Below, one piece after another: positions 8,393-17,189 of a DNA stretch of 64,000 bases. Within the stretch, counting starts at the first letter, position 1, and each line of letters begins with the position of its first letter. A program made the translations under genes and the position numbers. This stretch comes from a virus. The notes below the pieces were generated by a model. The model searched no databases. It was not told the origin of the DNA and saw nothing but the letters and a program-made list of their open reading frames with translations. The stretch is taken from positions 64,001-128,000 of IMG/VR virus record IMGVR_UViG_3300027804_000039; one strand, 5' to 3'.

Positions 8393-9907
8393 TTAAGCTT
8401 CAGGTTCGTCTGTAGTAGGAGGCACGTAAGGTGTGTATAACCGTTGTGCTTGAGGTACTTGTCTTGCGTATTGTACCTGTAGTTGAGGTATTTGTTGTTC
8501 TAACTCGGCAATAATAGTGTTAGTGTCTACGCCTTGTAACCTCATTTCTGTGGCAATGATTGCCATTTTTTGAATAACACGTTTGTCTCTTACACCACGT
8601 AAATTAGCAAAACGTTCTGCCCAACCTAGCATTTGCTGTTTAAACTCAGCAACCTTTTCTGGTTTCTTAGGGGCTGTTTTACCAAGTTTAGAAAGTTCAG
8701 GTTTGGCTGTTGCTAAACCGTAATCTTTTGGAACGACTTGAATTTGTGGGTAAACTGTTCGTTTAGCATCTTTACCACTCAAGTAAGTAGTGTCAGAATT
8801 AAGTCGCAGACCCTTGTCTCCTAAATCTTCTGCACTATCGTAGTAAATTGTAGTTTTGTTAGGAATACTAATAAACAATACACCGTCGTCATGCTTTGCA
8901 GCCATGTAATAATTAAAATTAGCTCTTGCCCAAAATTGCATAGCTGAACTTGCATCAAGTTTTTCAATTGACGATATAATCCCGTTAACATTTTTCATTA
9001 ACTTAGTTTTATAATCAGGACGAGGATTTTTAAATTTTTTACCAAAGATAATTTTAACGCTATTCCTAATCAATCCCATAAACATGGTAGCATCTTTAGG
9101 ATTGAGATTTGAAAGCAATTTGATTGCTTCGTTAATGTTAACGCCGCTATCTCCTACTTTGGTACCCTTAGATCTAGCAAAATCGTTTAGTGCTTTTGAT
9201 GCCGCCTCATATCCTTCACCTGGAATAACTTCTTGATCCCCAAAACGAGCAGAACTTACTTTACCCTTAACAACTGTTTTCTTTCCAGTTTCTGGGTTTA
9301 TTTTAATCTTATCTTTACCTACGTCAGATGTTTTTACTTCTACAGCTAAAACTTTTCCATTGTAGTTTACTACTAAGTCGCCTTTACCACTTTCTGGTTT
9401 GCCAATTCTTTTACTAAGGACGCTAAGTCCAAATTCACCTTTGCCGTGCCCTAGTGCAGAAATAATCATTAATTCGTCTACTAGTTCTTGAATAATAGGG
9501 TTACTGTTGTATCCGTTAAAAACTTCTGTCCAGCCTGCTAAATCGTTTCCAAGTAATGCGTCTAAATTAACTAGTTTGTCTGTTCTCCACAAATCAAATA
9601 GTTCTTTACGATCCTCTGGAGTAGCGTTGCCAAATGATAAAATTTGGTTGATATAACGAGCTAAGAGCATGTGAGCTTCTCTAACTATAGGATCCTGCAC
9701 ACTTTGTATATCTTTGTTAAGTAAGCCTGTGCGTCCACCTGCATTTACATCTCTAAGTAAATCTTCAATTTCACGTAGAGTTTTAACGGTGGCTTCATCT
9801 GCTGGTAATTCTTTAATTTTACCGGCAAGTTGCTTTTTTAAGTCAGTAATGGCTGCGGAAGCCATTTCAAAAATAGGGGAAAGGAATTTAATGTCATCAA
9901 ATCGCAT
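8393..9907 (-). CDS. Hypothetical protein with possible PD-(D/E)XK nuclease-like domain
   Basis: Start moved to ATG 9907 (MRFDDIKF), just after TAAATA at 9915-9920. Contains GKGE...GKGDLVV...VEVK. Confidence 0.45.
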   Translation of the reverse strand: MRFDDIKFLSPIFEMASAAITDLKKQLAGKIKELPADEATVKTLREIEDLLRDVNAGGRTGLLNKDIQSVQDPIVREAHMLLARYINQILSFGNATPEDRKELFDLWRTDKLVNLDALLGNDLAGWTEVFNGYNSNPIIQELVDELMIISALGHGKGEFGLSVLSKRIGKPESGKGDLVVNYNGKVLAVEVKTSDVGKDKIKINPETGKKTVVKGKVSSARFGDQEVIPGEGYEAASKALNDFARSKGTKVGDSGVNINEAIKLLSNLNPKDATMFMGLIRNSVKIIFGKKFKNPRPDYKTKLMKNVNGIISSIEKLDASSAMQFWARANFNYYMAAKHDDGVLFISIPNKTTIYYDSAEDLGDKGLRLNSDTTYLSGKDAKRTVYPQIQVVPKDYGLATAKPELSKLGKTAPKKPEKVAEFKQQMLGWAERFANLRGVRDKRVIQKMAIIATEMRLQGVDTNTIIAELEQQIPQLQVQYARQVPQAQRLYTPYVPPTTDEPEA

Positions 9908-9917
9908 AGTAAAATAT

Positions 9918-10604
9918 TTATGCGATTTCTGGAAACAAACATTCCTGTATGAAAACCCGTACATCTTCCTCATCTAGCCCTAAACTAGCCATTACACGCG
10001 GTGTATGCGGGTTTTGTTTTTGATTGATTGCGTAGTAATTTTGATGTTCTGTAGTATCGTTTGCTGTATTGTTTGTTTCTGCTACAGTACTAAGATAATG
10101 GGCTAGTGTATCTTTAGCCATTTGTATAATTTGTCCTAGTTCTTCGTCGCTTTGTACGTTACCAGCAGCTACCATGCTTGGGCTAAAAATGTTTGTTGCC
10201 CATTCAGGAAGCTGACGCTCTCTGCGCCATTCTAATCGTTTAACGTAGTCTGCAAACCAATCCATCATAGGATGATTTGGGTCTCCTGCTCGACTGTAAT
10301 CATGAAAACAGCCAGTCATTTTGTTTTTGCCTGCTACGACATCAAATCCATATATTGGTGCTGGGTTATGAGTGTGTGGGAAGATGCAACAATGCATCAT
10401 CCACAGGCCTTTTGTTTCTCTAGCATCTACGACGTCAACATGAGCACGACGATAAGAATCGGACCGCCAAACGCGATTAACCCACCCAGGCTGATTAAAA
10501 CGATCCATTCCAGGCTCAAATATTTCTGCGCCAGTTCTATTAAACGAGTCTTCCAAAAGGTGTTGAATATCAATTAACGTATCCCAAACTTTACTTTGTG
10601 ACAT
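9918..10604 (-). CDS. pcyX: Ferredoxin-dependent bilin reductase, PcyX/PcyA type
   Basis: RRAHVDVVD, LWMMHCCIFP, IYGFDVV, LPEWATNIFS, NQKQNPHT motifs; adjacent to heme oxygenase. Asp57/Met69/His71/Asp88 fits my recollection of PcyX, versus Glu/Ile at the first two positions in PcyA. Confidence 0.8.
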   Translation of the reverse strand: MSQSKVWDTLIDIQHLLEDSFNRTGAEIFEPGMDRFNQPGWVNRVWRSDSYRRAHVDVVDARETKGLWMMHCCIFPHTHNPAPIYGFDVVAGKNKMTGCFHDYSRAGDPNHPMMDWFADYVKRLEWRRERQLPEWATNIFSPSMVAAGNVQSDEELGQIIQMAKDTLAHYLSTVAETNNTANDTTEHQNYYAINQKQNPHTPRVMASLGLDEEDVRVFIQECLFPEIA

Positions 10605-11142
10605 CTACTGTACCCATCATATCTTGAAAAAATTCTGTTGCAAAACCAAAACATACTTTTGCTTCGTCTGCTAAATTGTCATCTAACTTTGAACGTAGGA
10701 TATTTTTAATTTGATCAGGATCGCCGTCGAACTTATAGTATTTTCCGTTACCTGGGATACGCTTGGCAATCATTTGCCCGCCTGACAAATCTCCAAAGTG
10801 TCTAACATACAAGTGTGCCAACAGTTTTTTAGGGTCGTCCTTGATTGTCATGATATGATCAATATAACGCTCTGTTGACGGCATTGTTGCAGGAAGGTTA
10901 TCTTGATTTACCCATAGCTCTTTAAAATCTTCTAGGATGCTAGGAGCTCGACGTATTGTAGGATAATCATTTAGTAGTCCGTGCATCATGGCACAGGCTT
11001 CTAACACATCATACATTTTGTGTTGGTTGAATAGGTAAGTAGCATAAATGAGTGGATCAATCTTACCTGAAAATAGAATCTTTACAAACGGCTGTGTTTC
11101 AGCTGTTCTGTGTTGCTCGTGTGTTAAGTCTTTTAGACTCAT
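10591..11142 (-). CDS. hemO: Heme oxygenase (biliverdin-producing)
   Basis: N-terminal His (THEQHRTAE); HLYVRHFGDLSGGQ is the HO-1-type distal helix motif. Confidence 0.9.
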   Translation of the reverse strand: MSLKDLTHEQHRTAETQPFVKILFSGKIDPLIYATYLFNQHKMYDVLEACAMMHGLLNDYPTIRRAPSILEDFKELWVNQDNLPATMPSTERYIDHIMTIKDDPKKLLAHLYVRHFGDLSGGQMIAKRIPGNGKYYKFDGDPDQIKNILRSKLDDNLADEAKVCFGFATEFFQDMMGTVDVTK

Positions 11143-11441
11143 TCTTCCTCCAGTTTTATTTGTAGAGGAAAGCCGTTAGTACGTGCTTGGTGTGTTGCTT
11201 CTACAGCTTTTGCTTCTGCAATTTCAAAACTATAGATACCAGCAATCCCACTGCCTGTTTCATGAACTTGAAACATTATATCTTTGGCTGTATCGTGTGA
11301 ATGTTTAAAAATGTCTACTAGAATAGAAATAACAAATTCCATTGGTGTAGAATCGTCGTTTAAAAGAATAACCTTCCAATTCTTTGGTTCGGAAATCTTT
11401 ACTTTGATCTTTTCATCTAGTTGAATATCAGTACCTGGCAT
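11139..11441 (-). CDS. clpS: ATP-dependent Clp protease adaptor ClpS
   Basis: WKVILLNDDSTPMEFV...VHETGSGIAGIYSFEIAEAK...FPLQIKLEEE. Confidence 0.93.
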   Translation of the reverse strand: MPGTDIQLDEKIKVKISEPKNWKVILLNDDSTPMEFVISILVDIFKHSHDTAKDIMFQVHETGSGIAGIYSFEIAEAKAVEATHQARTNGFPLQIKLEEE

Positions 11442-11460
11442 TTCGTTCTCTTTTAAGTGT

Positions 11461-11478
11461 GGGGGAGTTTCCTCCCCC
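11461..11478 (-). terminator. Probable terminator hairpin after hsp20
   Basis: GGGGGAG-GAAA-CTCCCCC; weak U-tract. Confidence 0.5.
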
Positions 11479-11491
11479 CGGGTTTCAAAAC

Positions 11492-11917
11492 TTATTTAAT
11501 CTCGATTGAACGAGGTTTTAGAGCTTCTGGAACAATACGCTCGATATCAATCTTAAGCATACCGTCCTTAACTTCTGCGCCCCTAACTTCCATATACTCA
11601 GCAAGAGTAAATGTTTGTTCAAAGTCACGTGCGGCTAACCCTCTGTGCAAGTATTCAATTTCAGATTCAGCCTTGACCTTTTCACCTTTAACAGTTAATT
11701 GGTCTTGGTCAACTTCAACAGTAATTTCTGATTTATCAAAACCTGCTACTGCAACTTCGATACCATACTGGTTTTCACTGTACTTAACGATGTTGTATGG
11801 AGGATAGTTGTTTGTTCGTGTTTCAAAGAAACGATCATTGAAAATACGATCAAATCCTACAAGTGCTCTGTTTAGTTGCGCTAATGCGTTTGTGTCAATA
11901 GTTCTTAATTGTGTCAT
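11492..11917 (-). CDS. Small heat shock protein (Hsp20/IbpA-like)
   Basis: NYPPYNIVK...IEVAVAGF...YLHRGLAARDFEQTFTLAE...A.VKDGML.I; C-terminal IEIK (IxI motif). Confidence 0.95.
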   Translation of the reverse strand: MTQLRTIDTNALAQLNRALVGFDRIFNDRFFETRTNNYPPYNIVKYSENQYGIEVAVAGFDKSEITVEVDQDQLTVKGEKVKAESEIEYLHRGLAARDFEQTFTLAEYMEVRGAEVKDGMLKIDIERIVPEALKPRSIEIK

Positions 11918-11974
11918 TTTTATCTCCTTTAATTAAGCAAGATTATTGTAGGGCCCGACCATCGGCACCCTACG
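11915..11974 (-). ncRNA. ROSE-like RNA thermometer (5' UTR of hsp20)
   Basis: Two-hairpin UTR; the second hairpin UCUUGCUU...AAGGAGA pairs the SD with a bulged G (UUGCU motif). Confidence 0.7.
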
Positions 11975-11979
11975 TTTAT

Positions 11980-12008
11980 ATTATATTACTTCTTGTCTTC
12001 TGGATCAA
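11980..12008 (-). promoter_or_regulatory. sigma70-type promoter for hsp20
   Basis: TTGATC-17 nt-TATAAT; the predicted transcription start coincides with the start of the first UTR hairpin. Confidence 0.6.
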
Positions 12009-13887
12009 CTTCTTTGAACTCCGCATTTACGGTTTGTTCGCCCTCAGTTGGTTGGGCAGTTTCAGCAGACGCTTTGGCTTGCTTTTTAGCAAACACTGGG
12101 CTGGCTGCTTCAAACATATTTTGAACTGCTTTGTTGATTGATTCTACATCATCACCATTTCGTGCTTCTTCTACACCCTTAACAGAATCTTCAAACTTAG
12201 TTCTTTCTTCTTCTGTTAATTGATCTTTGAATTCTTCAAAGTCTTTCTTAAGGCTGTGTGTAGCACTCTCTGATTGGTTTTTAGCGTCGATAAGGTCACG
12301 TGCTTTCTTATCAGCTTCTGCATTTGCTTCAGCTTCTTTAATCATACGCTCGATGTCGTCTTTGCTTAAACCACTGTCTGATTTAATAGTGATTTTGTTT
12401 TCTTTACCTGTACCTTTGTCTTTGGCACTGATGTTCATAATACCGTTTGCATCAATATCAAACGTAACTTCAATTTGTGGCATACCGCGTGGAGCAGGAT
12501 TGATGCCATCTAGTTTAAACTCGCCAAGCATTTTATTATACTTGAATAGTTCACGCTCTCCTTGAGCTACTTTAATATCCACGGCAGGTTGATTGTCTTC
12601 TGCTGTTGAGAATGTCTGTGACTTCTTGGTTGGGATAGTTGTGTTCTTCTCAATTAACTTGGTGAAGATTCCACCCATTGTTTCAATTCCCAAGCTCAAC
12701 GGAGTAACGTCTAATAATAGAACGTCTGTCTTGTCGCCTGCTAGAACAGCACCTTGAATTGCGGCACCGGCGGCAACAGCTTCGTCTGGGTTGACGTCTT
12801 TACGTGGTGCTTTGCCAAACAATTTTTCAACTGCTTCTTGCACCTTAGGCATACGTGTTTGTCCACCAACAAGAATTACTTCTGTGATGTCTTTAGCATT
12901 TACGCCGGCGTCTTTGAGCGCAACCTTACATGGCTCAATTGAACGTTGAATTAAATCATCTACCAGTGCTTCAAACTTTGCACGGCTAATTGTAACGTTC
13001 AAGTGCTTAGGACCGCTAGCATCTGCTGTAATGTATGGTAGACTTACTGTTGTTGACTGTGTGCTAGATAATTCAATCTTTGCCTTTTCAGCTGCATCTT
13101 TAAGTCTTTGCAATGCCAACACATCAGTTTTGAGATCAGCACCTGACTCTTTCTTAAATTCATCAACAATGTAGTCCATGAGACGTTGGTCAAAGTCTTC
13201 ACCGCCCAAGAATGTGTCACCGTTTGTGCTCAAAACTTCAATTTGTTTATCGCCATCGATATTTGCGATTTCAATGATGCTGATATCGAATGTACCACCA
13301 CCAAGGTCGTAAACAGCAACTTTGCGATCTTTACTGTCAGCTTTATCAACACCATACGCAAGAGCTGCAGCAGTAGGCTCATTAATAATACGGAGTACTT
13401 CCAAGCCGGCGATTTTTCCAGCATCCTTAGTTGCCTGTCTTTGGCTGTCGTTAAAGTATGCAGGAACTGTGATAACAGCTTTTGTAACTTCTGTACCAAG
13501 ATAATCCTCCGCTGTCTTTTTCATTTTACGTAGAACTTCTGCACTAACTTGTGGTGGTGCTAGTTCTTTGTCTTGAGCACGAATCCATGCATCACCGTTC
13601 TTAGCTTCCATGATTTCGTAAGGCATCAAATCAATGTCTTTCTGAACTTCTTTTTCAGAAAACTTACGACCAATCAAACGCTTGGCTGCATAAATTGTAC
13701 TTTTAGGGTTTGTTACTGCCTGTCGTTTTGCAGTTGCTCCTACAAGAACTTCATCTTGTGTGTAAGCAACGATTGACGGAGTAGTACGGGCGCCTTCAGA
13801 GTTTTCAATAACTTTAGCTACACCGTTTTCTAGAATGGCTACGCAACTATTTGTCGTGCCAAGGTCAATACCAATAATTTTGCTCAT
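11986..13887 (-). CDS. dnaK: Molecular chaperone DnaK (Hsp70)
   Basis: [49 protein letters not shown]; start at ATG 13887 after AAGGAGA. Confidence 0.98.
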   Translation of the reverse strand: MSKIIGIDLGTTNSCVAILENGVAKVIENSEGARTTPSIVAYTQDEVLVGATAKRQAVTNPKSTIYAAKRLIGRKFSEKEVQKDIDLMPYEIMEAKNGDAWIRAQDKELAPPQVSAEVLRKMKKTAEDYLGTEVTKAVITVPAYFNDSQRQATKDAGKIAGLEVLRIINEPTAAALAYGVDKADSKDRKVAVYDLGGGTFDISIIEIANIDGDKQIEVLSTNGDTFLGGEDFDQRLMDYIVDEFKKESGADLKTDVLALQRLKDAAEKAKIELSSTQSTTVSLPYITADASGPKHLNVTISRAKFEALVDDLIQRSIEPCKVALKDAGVNAKDITEVILVGGQTRMPKVQEAVEKLFGKAPRKDVNPDEAVAAGAAIQGAVLAGDKTDVLLLDVTPLSLGIETMGGIFTKLIEKNTTIPTKKSQTFSTAEDNQPAVDIKVAQGERELFKYNKMLGEFKLDGINPAPRGMPQIEVTFDIDANGIMNISAKDKGTGKENKITIKSDSGLSKDDIERMIKEAEANAEADKKARDLIDAKNQSESATHSLKKDFEEFKDQLTEEERTKFEDSVKGVEEARNGDDVESINKAVQNMFEAASPVFAKKQAKASAETAQPTEGEQTVNAEFKEVDPEDKK

Positions 13888-13938
13888 TTTTATCTCCTTA
13901 TATCTAAGCAAGAATTTAATAGAACCCGAAGCGTTCTA
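13885..13938 (-). ncRNA. ROSE-like RNA thermometer (5' UTR of dnaK)
   Basis: Hairpin UAGAAC-GCUUCGG-GUUCUA, then UCUUGCUUA-GAUA-UAAGGAGA sequestering the SD with a bulged G. Confidence 0.7.
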
Positions 13939-13944
13939 CACTTT

Positions 13945-13952
13945 TATTTATA
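13945..13952 (-). promoter_or_regulatory. T4 late promoter consensus TATAAATA driving dnaK
   Basis: Exact TATAAATA 7 nt upstream of the UTR hairpin. Confidence 0.7.
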
Positions 13953-14529
13953 CCAGATTATTCTGATTCTTTACTTTTTCAATTAAAATTTCAAAATAAC
14001 TCAAATATAAATCATATGCTTTAATGCTAGTAAGCGGCTGTTCAAATTCTTGTAATTTTTTAAATGTTACTTTAGGTAAGTTCCAGTCACTGCCTCTAGA
14101 ATACATAAAATTATAAGCTTCGACTGCCTGTTGATGTTTATCAGCAATTTTAACAATAGTGTGTTCTTCGTCAGTAGGAGGATCTATTCCTAATGCTTCA
14201 TATATAGTTAGCATCAGCTTGTCCTCTAGTTTGCTAATCACGGCATGTATTTCAGGAATGTGCTTTACTGGACTAGGCAAATCGTTTATGTATGCTTCTG
14301 CTGCATCGTGTAATAGGCCGTGTAGCTGTATCCTTTCGCCGTGAGGAGCAAGTTCCTTCATTACTTGAATACAATGCTGTGCCACAGAGTAAGGAATGTA
14401 CGGTATGCTGTGGCCGCTAAAGCGAGGCATCCTACTGAGGCTCCAAGCAATGTCGCTAATTTCAATAGTGCTTGGATCTGGATCTGTTACGTTAATTTTT
14501 CTACCTGAAACTGTTTCAAGGGTCTTCAT
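13948..14529 (-). CDS. HD-domain phosphohydrolase (YfbR/DatZ-like deoxynucleotidase)
   Basis: DIAWSLS..PRFSGH, YSVAQHC, GLLHDAAEAYI.D, IADK. Confidence 0.8.
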   Translation of the reverse strand: MKTLETVSGRKINVTDPDPSTIEISDIAWSLSRMPRFSGHSIPYIPYSVAQHCIQVMKELAPHGERIQLHGLLHDAAEAYINDLPSPVKHIPEIHAVISKLEDKLMLTIYEALGIDPPTDEEHTIVKIADKHQQAVEAYNFMYSRGSDWNLPKVTFKKLQEFEQPLTSIKAYDLYLSYFEILIEKVKNQNNLV

Positions 14530-14531
14530 TA

Positions 14532-15119
14532 TTATCTATCATTCCTAAATGGGGTGATGTAACTGCCGTCACTTGTTGTAGAGCTACGTAATGTATTGTA
14601 AACATTTTGAATCCCCACTGCTTGGTTCCAAGCATCTTCTAACGCATGATGTTTTGTAACGGGAGGGCGGTGAGGATTGATGCCTAAATCAAATGCTGTG
14701 CGTACATCACGAACTTGCCAGAAACTCCAAGGGATGGCTTTGCCTACTCTTTTGAATGCAGTTTCGCAAATTGGTACGTCAAATGCAGCACCGTTGCTCC
14801 ACACACGTTTGGCGCCCCAACAAAATTTATAAAGTTGGTCCATAGCATCTTTAATGTGAAGTCTGTCGGCGCCTTCACTAAATGCTTCGTCTTGGACTGC
14901 TTGGTCTTGTTGCCCCCACCACGCAATAGTGTCATCGTTAACAACTAATCCAATTTCATCGCAGCTATCTAAATTGACACGGACATAAAAACTGTCCATT
15001 GCGGGTTCTTCGACATCTTTACCAAAAGGATCAAATTTTACTGCTCCAATGGTAAGAATGGCGGCATCAGTTGATGTCGCCAATGTTTCTAAGTCAATCA
15101 TTACATCTGTATTAGCCAT
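14532..15119 (-). CDS. DEDDh 3'-5' exonuclease (Rv2179c/DUF5051-like)
   Basis: MIDLETL, WSNGAAFD, RDVRT, HHALEDA. Confidence 0.85.
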   Translation of the reverse strand: MANTDVMIDLETLATSTDAAILTIGAVKFDPFGKDVEEPAMDSFYVRVNLDSCDEIGLVVNDDTIAWWGQQDQAVQDEAFSEGADRLHIKDAMDQLYKFCWGAKRVWSNGAAFDVPICETAFKRVGKAIPWSFWQVRDVRTAFDLGINPHRPPVTKHHALEDAWNQAVGIQNVYNTLRSSTTSDGSYITPFRNDR

Positions 15120-15146
15120 ATACTCTTTCTTTATTTGAGAGTATAC

Positions 15147-15175
15147 ATTTTAACACAAGATGTTAATAATGTCAA
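15147..15175 (-). promoter_or_regulatory. sigma70-type promoter
   Basis: TTGACA-17 nt-TAAAAT, TG-containing spacer end. Confidence 0.7.
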
Positions 15176-15405
15176 TACAATTTTGGTGGTAGACTTTCTT
15201 TTTCGAGTTTCTTTTTCCAACGAGCTTTGGCTGCTCCTTTGGCACGTTTACGAGCTGTTGTTGGCTTTTCATAAGACTCTTTTTTGCGGAGTGTGTCCAA
15301 CACACCCGAGTCTTCAACCTTACGCTTAAATCTGCGTAAGGCTTGGTTAATATTTTCATGATCCTTGACAGTTATGCCTGTTCCTTTAGATTTCTGATTC
15401 ATCAT
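15172..15405 (-). CDS. rpsU: 30S ribosomal protein S21 (bS21)
   Basis: ITVKDHENINQALRRFKRKVEDSGVL..LRKKESYEKPT..RKR. Start reassigned to MMNQK at 15405. Confidence 0.88.
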   Translation of the reverse strand: MMNQKSKGTGITVKDHENINQALRRFKRKVEDSGVLDTLRKKESYEKPTTARKRAKGAAKARWKKKLEKESLPPKLY

Positions 15406-15802
15406 CGTCTTCGTTGTCCTCTTCTTCTGTAAATTGATTAACAATACCTTCTAAATCCCAAATCCTATTTTTACTAATAAGATTGTATGGAGTAGTTTCG
15501 TCTAATGTTATATAGTGTGCGTTTGGTTGTGCCAATAAAAAAGTTACAAAGTTTTTTGTAACAGGGTCACAGTTGTCCACGTCTATAACAACTACATCGA
15601 CTTGCTGGGCTACACTAAGCATCCATGCAATATCTGTTTCGTTTTCATCAAAAATAAAAACATTCAAATCGTCAATGCTTCTACTTAAAATAGTTTGAAA
15701 TTGTTGTTTAACACTATTAGAAGGCTTAACTAGCAGATAACTTAAATTCAAATTAAAAAGTTTATCTGGCGGAGTTATTAGAGTTATTTTTCCTAAGTTC
15801 AT
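15386..15802 (-). CDS. Hypothetical protein
   Basis: 138 aa ORF in operon orientation with acidic C-terminus. Confidence 0.6.
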   Translation of the reverse strand: MNLGKITLITPPDKLFNLNLSYLLVKPSNSVKQQFQTILSRSIDDLNVFIFDENETDIAWMLSVAQQVDVVVIDVDNCDPVTKNFVTFLLAQPNAHYITLDETTPYNLISKNRIWDLEGIVNQFTEEEDNEDDDESEI

Positions 15803-16097
15803 ATATTCTACTTACAAATTCTCTTAGTCGTTCCTGACTATAATTGGCAAACTTTGGGCCTTTTGTTTTAGTTTCTTCTACGAAATCGTACAACGCCGGG
15901 TCTGTAAATTTGTCTATGATTAAATCTTTAAAATTATCCTGTCCGTAGATTCTGTACATTTCGTCTTTTGGTTTAATGCTAGAACGGTTTATTCTTGCCC
16001 AAAGTGTTTCTTCTGACTGTTCACCGTTCTGTACATACCCTTCTACGATCTGTTCTTTATTTCTATCTGTCCCTGCGTGTTCTTGGTCATGTATGTC
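15762..16097 (-). other. Open -1 frame extension of the 16043-17179 gene, reachable via the A9G slippery site at 16097-16106
   Basis: After TCA AAA AAA AA(A/G) the -1 frame reads DIHDQEHAGTDRNKEQIVEGYVQNGEQSEETLWARI...MYRIYG...NSAR* (111 aa). A stop lies about 45 nt upstream in that frame, and the first ATG (15959) has no SD. Confidence 0.6.
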
Positions 16098-17179
16098 TTT
16101 TTTTTTGAATCTTCTTCTGGAGGTAAGTCGACGGGCAACTCTTTTACTTTAGATTCTTCTTCCACTGCCTTTTCTGCTTCGGCAATCATTTGATTCCATT
16201 GCTCAACAGATACACCTTCGATTGATGATTGTTCTTCTACTCTACTTTGAATCCTGGCTTCGGCTTCTTTTAAAAAGTCTTTTTCCAGTTCAACTGTGGG
16301 TTGAGCAATCACCGGTTCAATTCGTTTTTCTTCTTCTTTTACAATAAAGGGCCACGGTGTTTGAAGTGATGGCTTTTCAGAAACTTCTTGTTGTGTTTCC
16401 TCAACAGGCTCGAGACGATTTTGTCTATGCCATTGGAACGTCATTTGAGCGGCTAGGAGCATTATAACCGCTAATGGATCGAATACAATAACAATTAAGA
16501 TAATGACCCAAGTAACTGCCTTCTCGAGCATGTTTACATCTTCGCCTTGTTCTCCATAGATAAACTTGGCAATATACTTTAATGGACCGACCTCTGCTTC
16601 CACCTTACGTACTTCAGCGGCGATGGGTGCCCGTTCCTCACTAAGTTTGGCAATAGTTTTCTGTTCGGCTGTGATCTCAGAAAGTAATCTAGTGCGTTCT
16701 TTGGCCTGCCCTCTACGGAGCGCAACTGCCTTGTCCGCACCTTTTTCGTCTTGACTTCGACCCATAACTTGGTCCACAGCCTCATCCATTTGTTTGAGTG
16801 CTTTGCGATTAGCATCGATATTTTCCTTTGCTGTTTTAATCTTTTCATCATAGACAGCAATCTTACTTTGAACATCACCGCTAACTAAGTTTTGGTCGTT
16901 GTGTGCTTTTGATAGAAAGCCGAAGATACCCATCGACGTGATTATCATTAATACTACAACTGCTGAACTCATGTAGTATTTCATGAAACGTGGAGCACGT
17001 TCCCAGTTGGCTTTTAGCCACGATGCACATACTAGTTTAGCAACCTCTAGTGTTGTTCCCATTACAATAATAGGAATTACAGCCGCAGAGAAAATAGCGG
17101 CCAAACCTACTACGGAGTAGTAGATTGCGACCGCCGAAATTGTTAAACCAGTTAGTAGTAGTAACCAGGCTAGTATCAT
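16043..17179 (-). CDS. Membrane protein with N-terminal TM helices, coiled coil and second TM region
   Basis: Hydrophobic N-terminus, coiled coil, LIVIVFDPLAVIMLL segment, acidic tail. Confidence 0.7.
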   Translation of the reverse strand: MILAWLLLLTGLTISAVAIYYSVVGLAAIFSAAVIPIIVMGTTLEVAKLVCASWLKANWERAPRFMKYYMSSAVVVLMIITSMGIFGFLSKAHNDQNLVSGDVQSKIAVYDEKIKTAKENIDANRKALKQMDEAVDQVMGRSQDEKGADKAVALRRGQAKERTRLLSEITAEQKTIAKLSEERAPIAAEVRKVEAEVGPLKYIAKFIYGEQGEDVNMLEKAVTWVIILIVIVFDPLAVIMLLAAQMTFQWHRQNRLEPVEETQQEVSEKPSLQTPWPFIVKEEEKRIEPVIAQPTVELEKDFLKEAEARIQSRVEEQSSIEGVSVEQWNQMIAEAEKAVEEESKVKELPVDLPPEEDSKKKTYMTKNTQGQIEIKNRS

Positions 17180-17189
17180 CGATTGCCTA

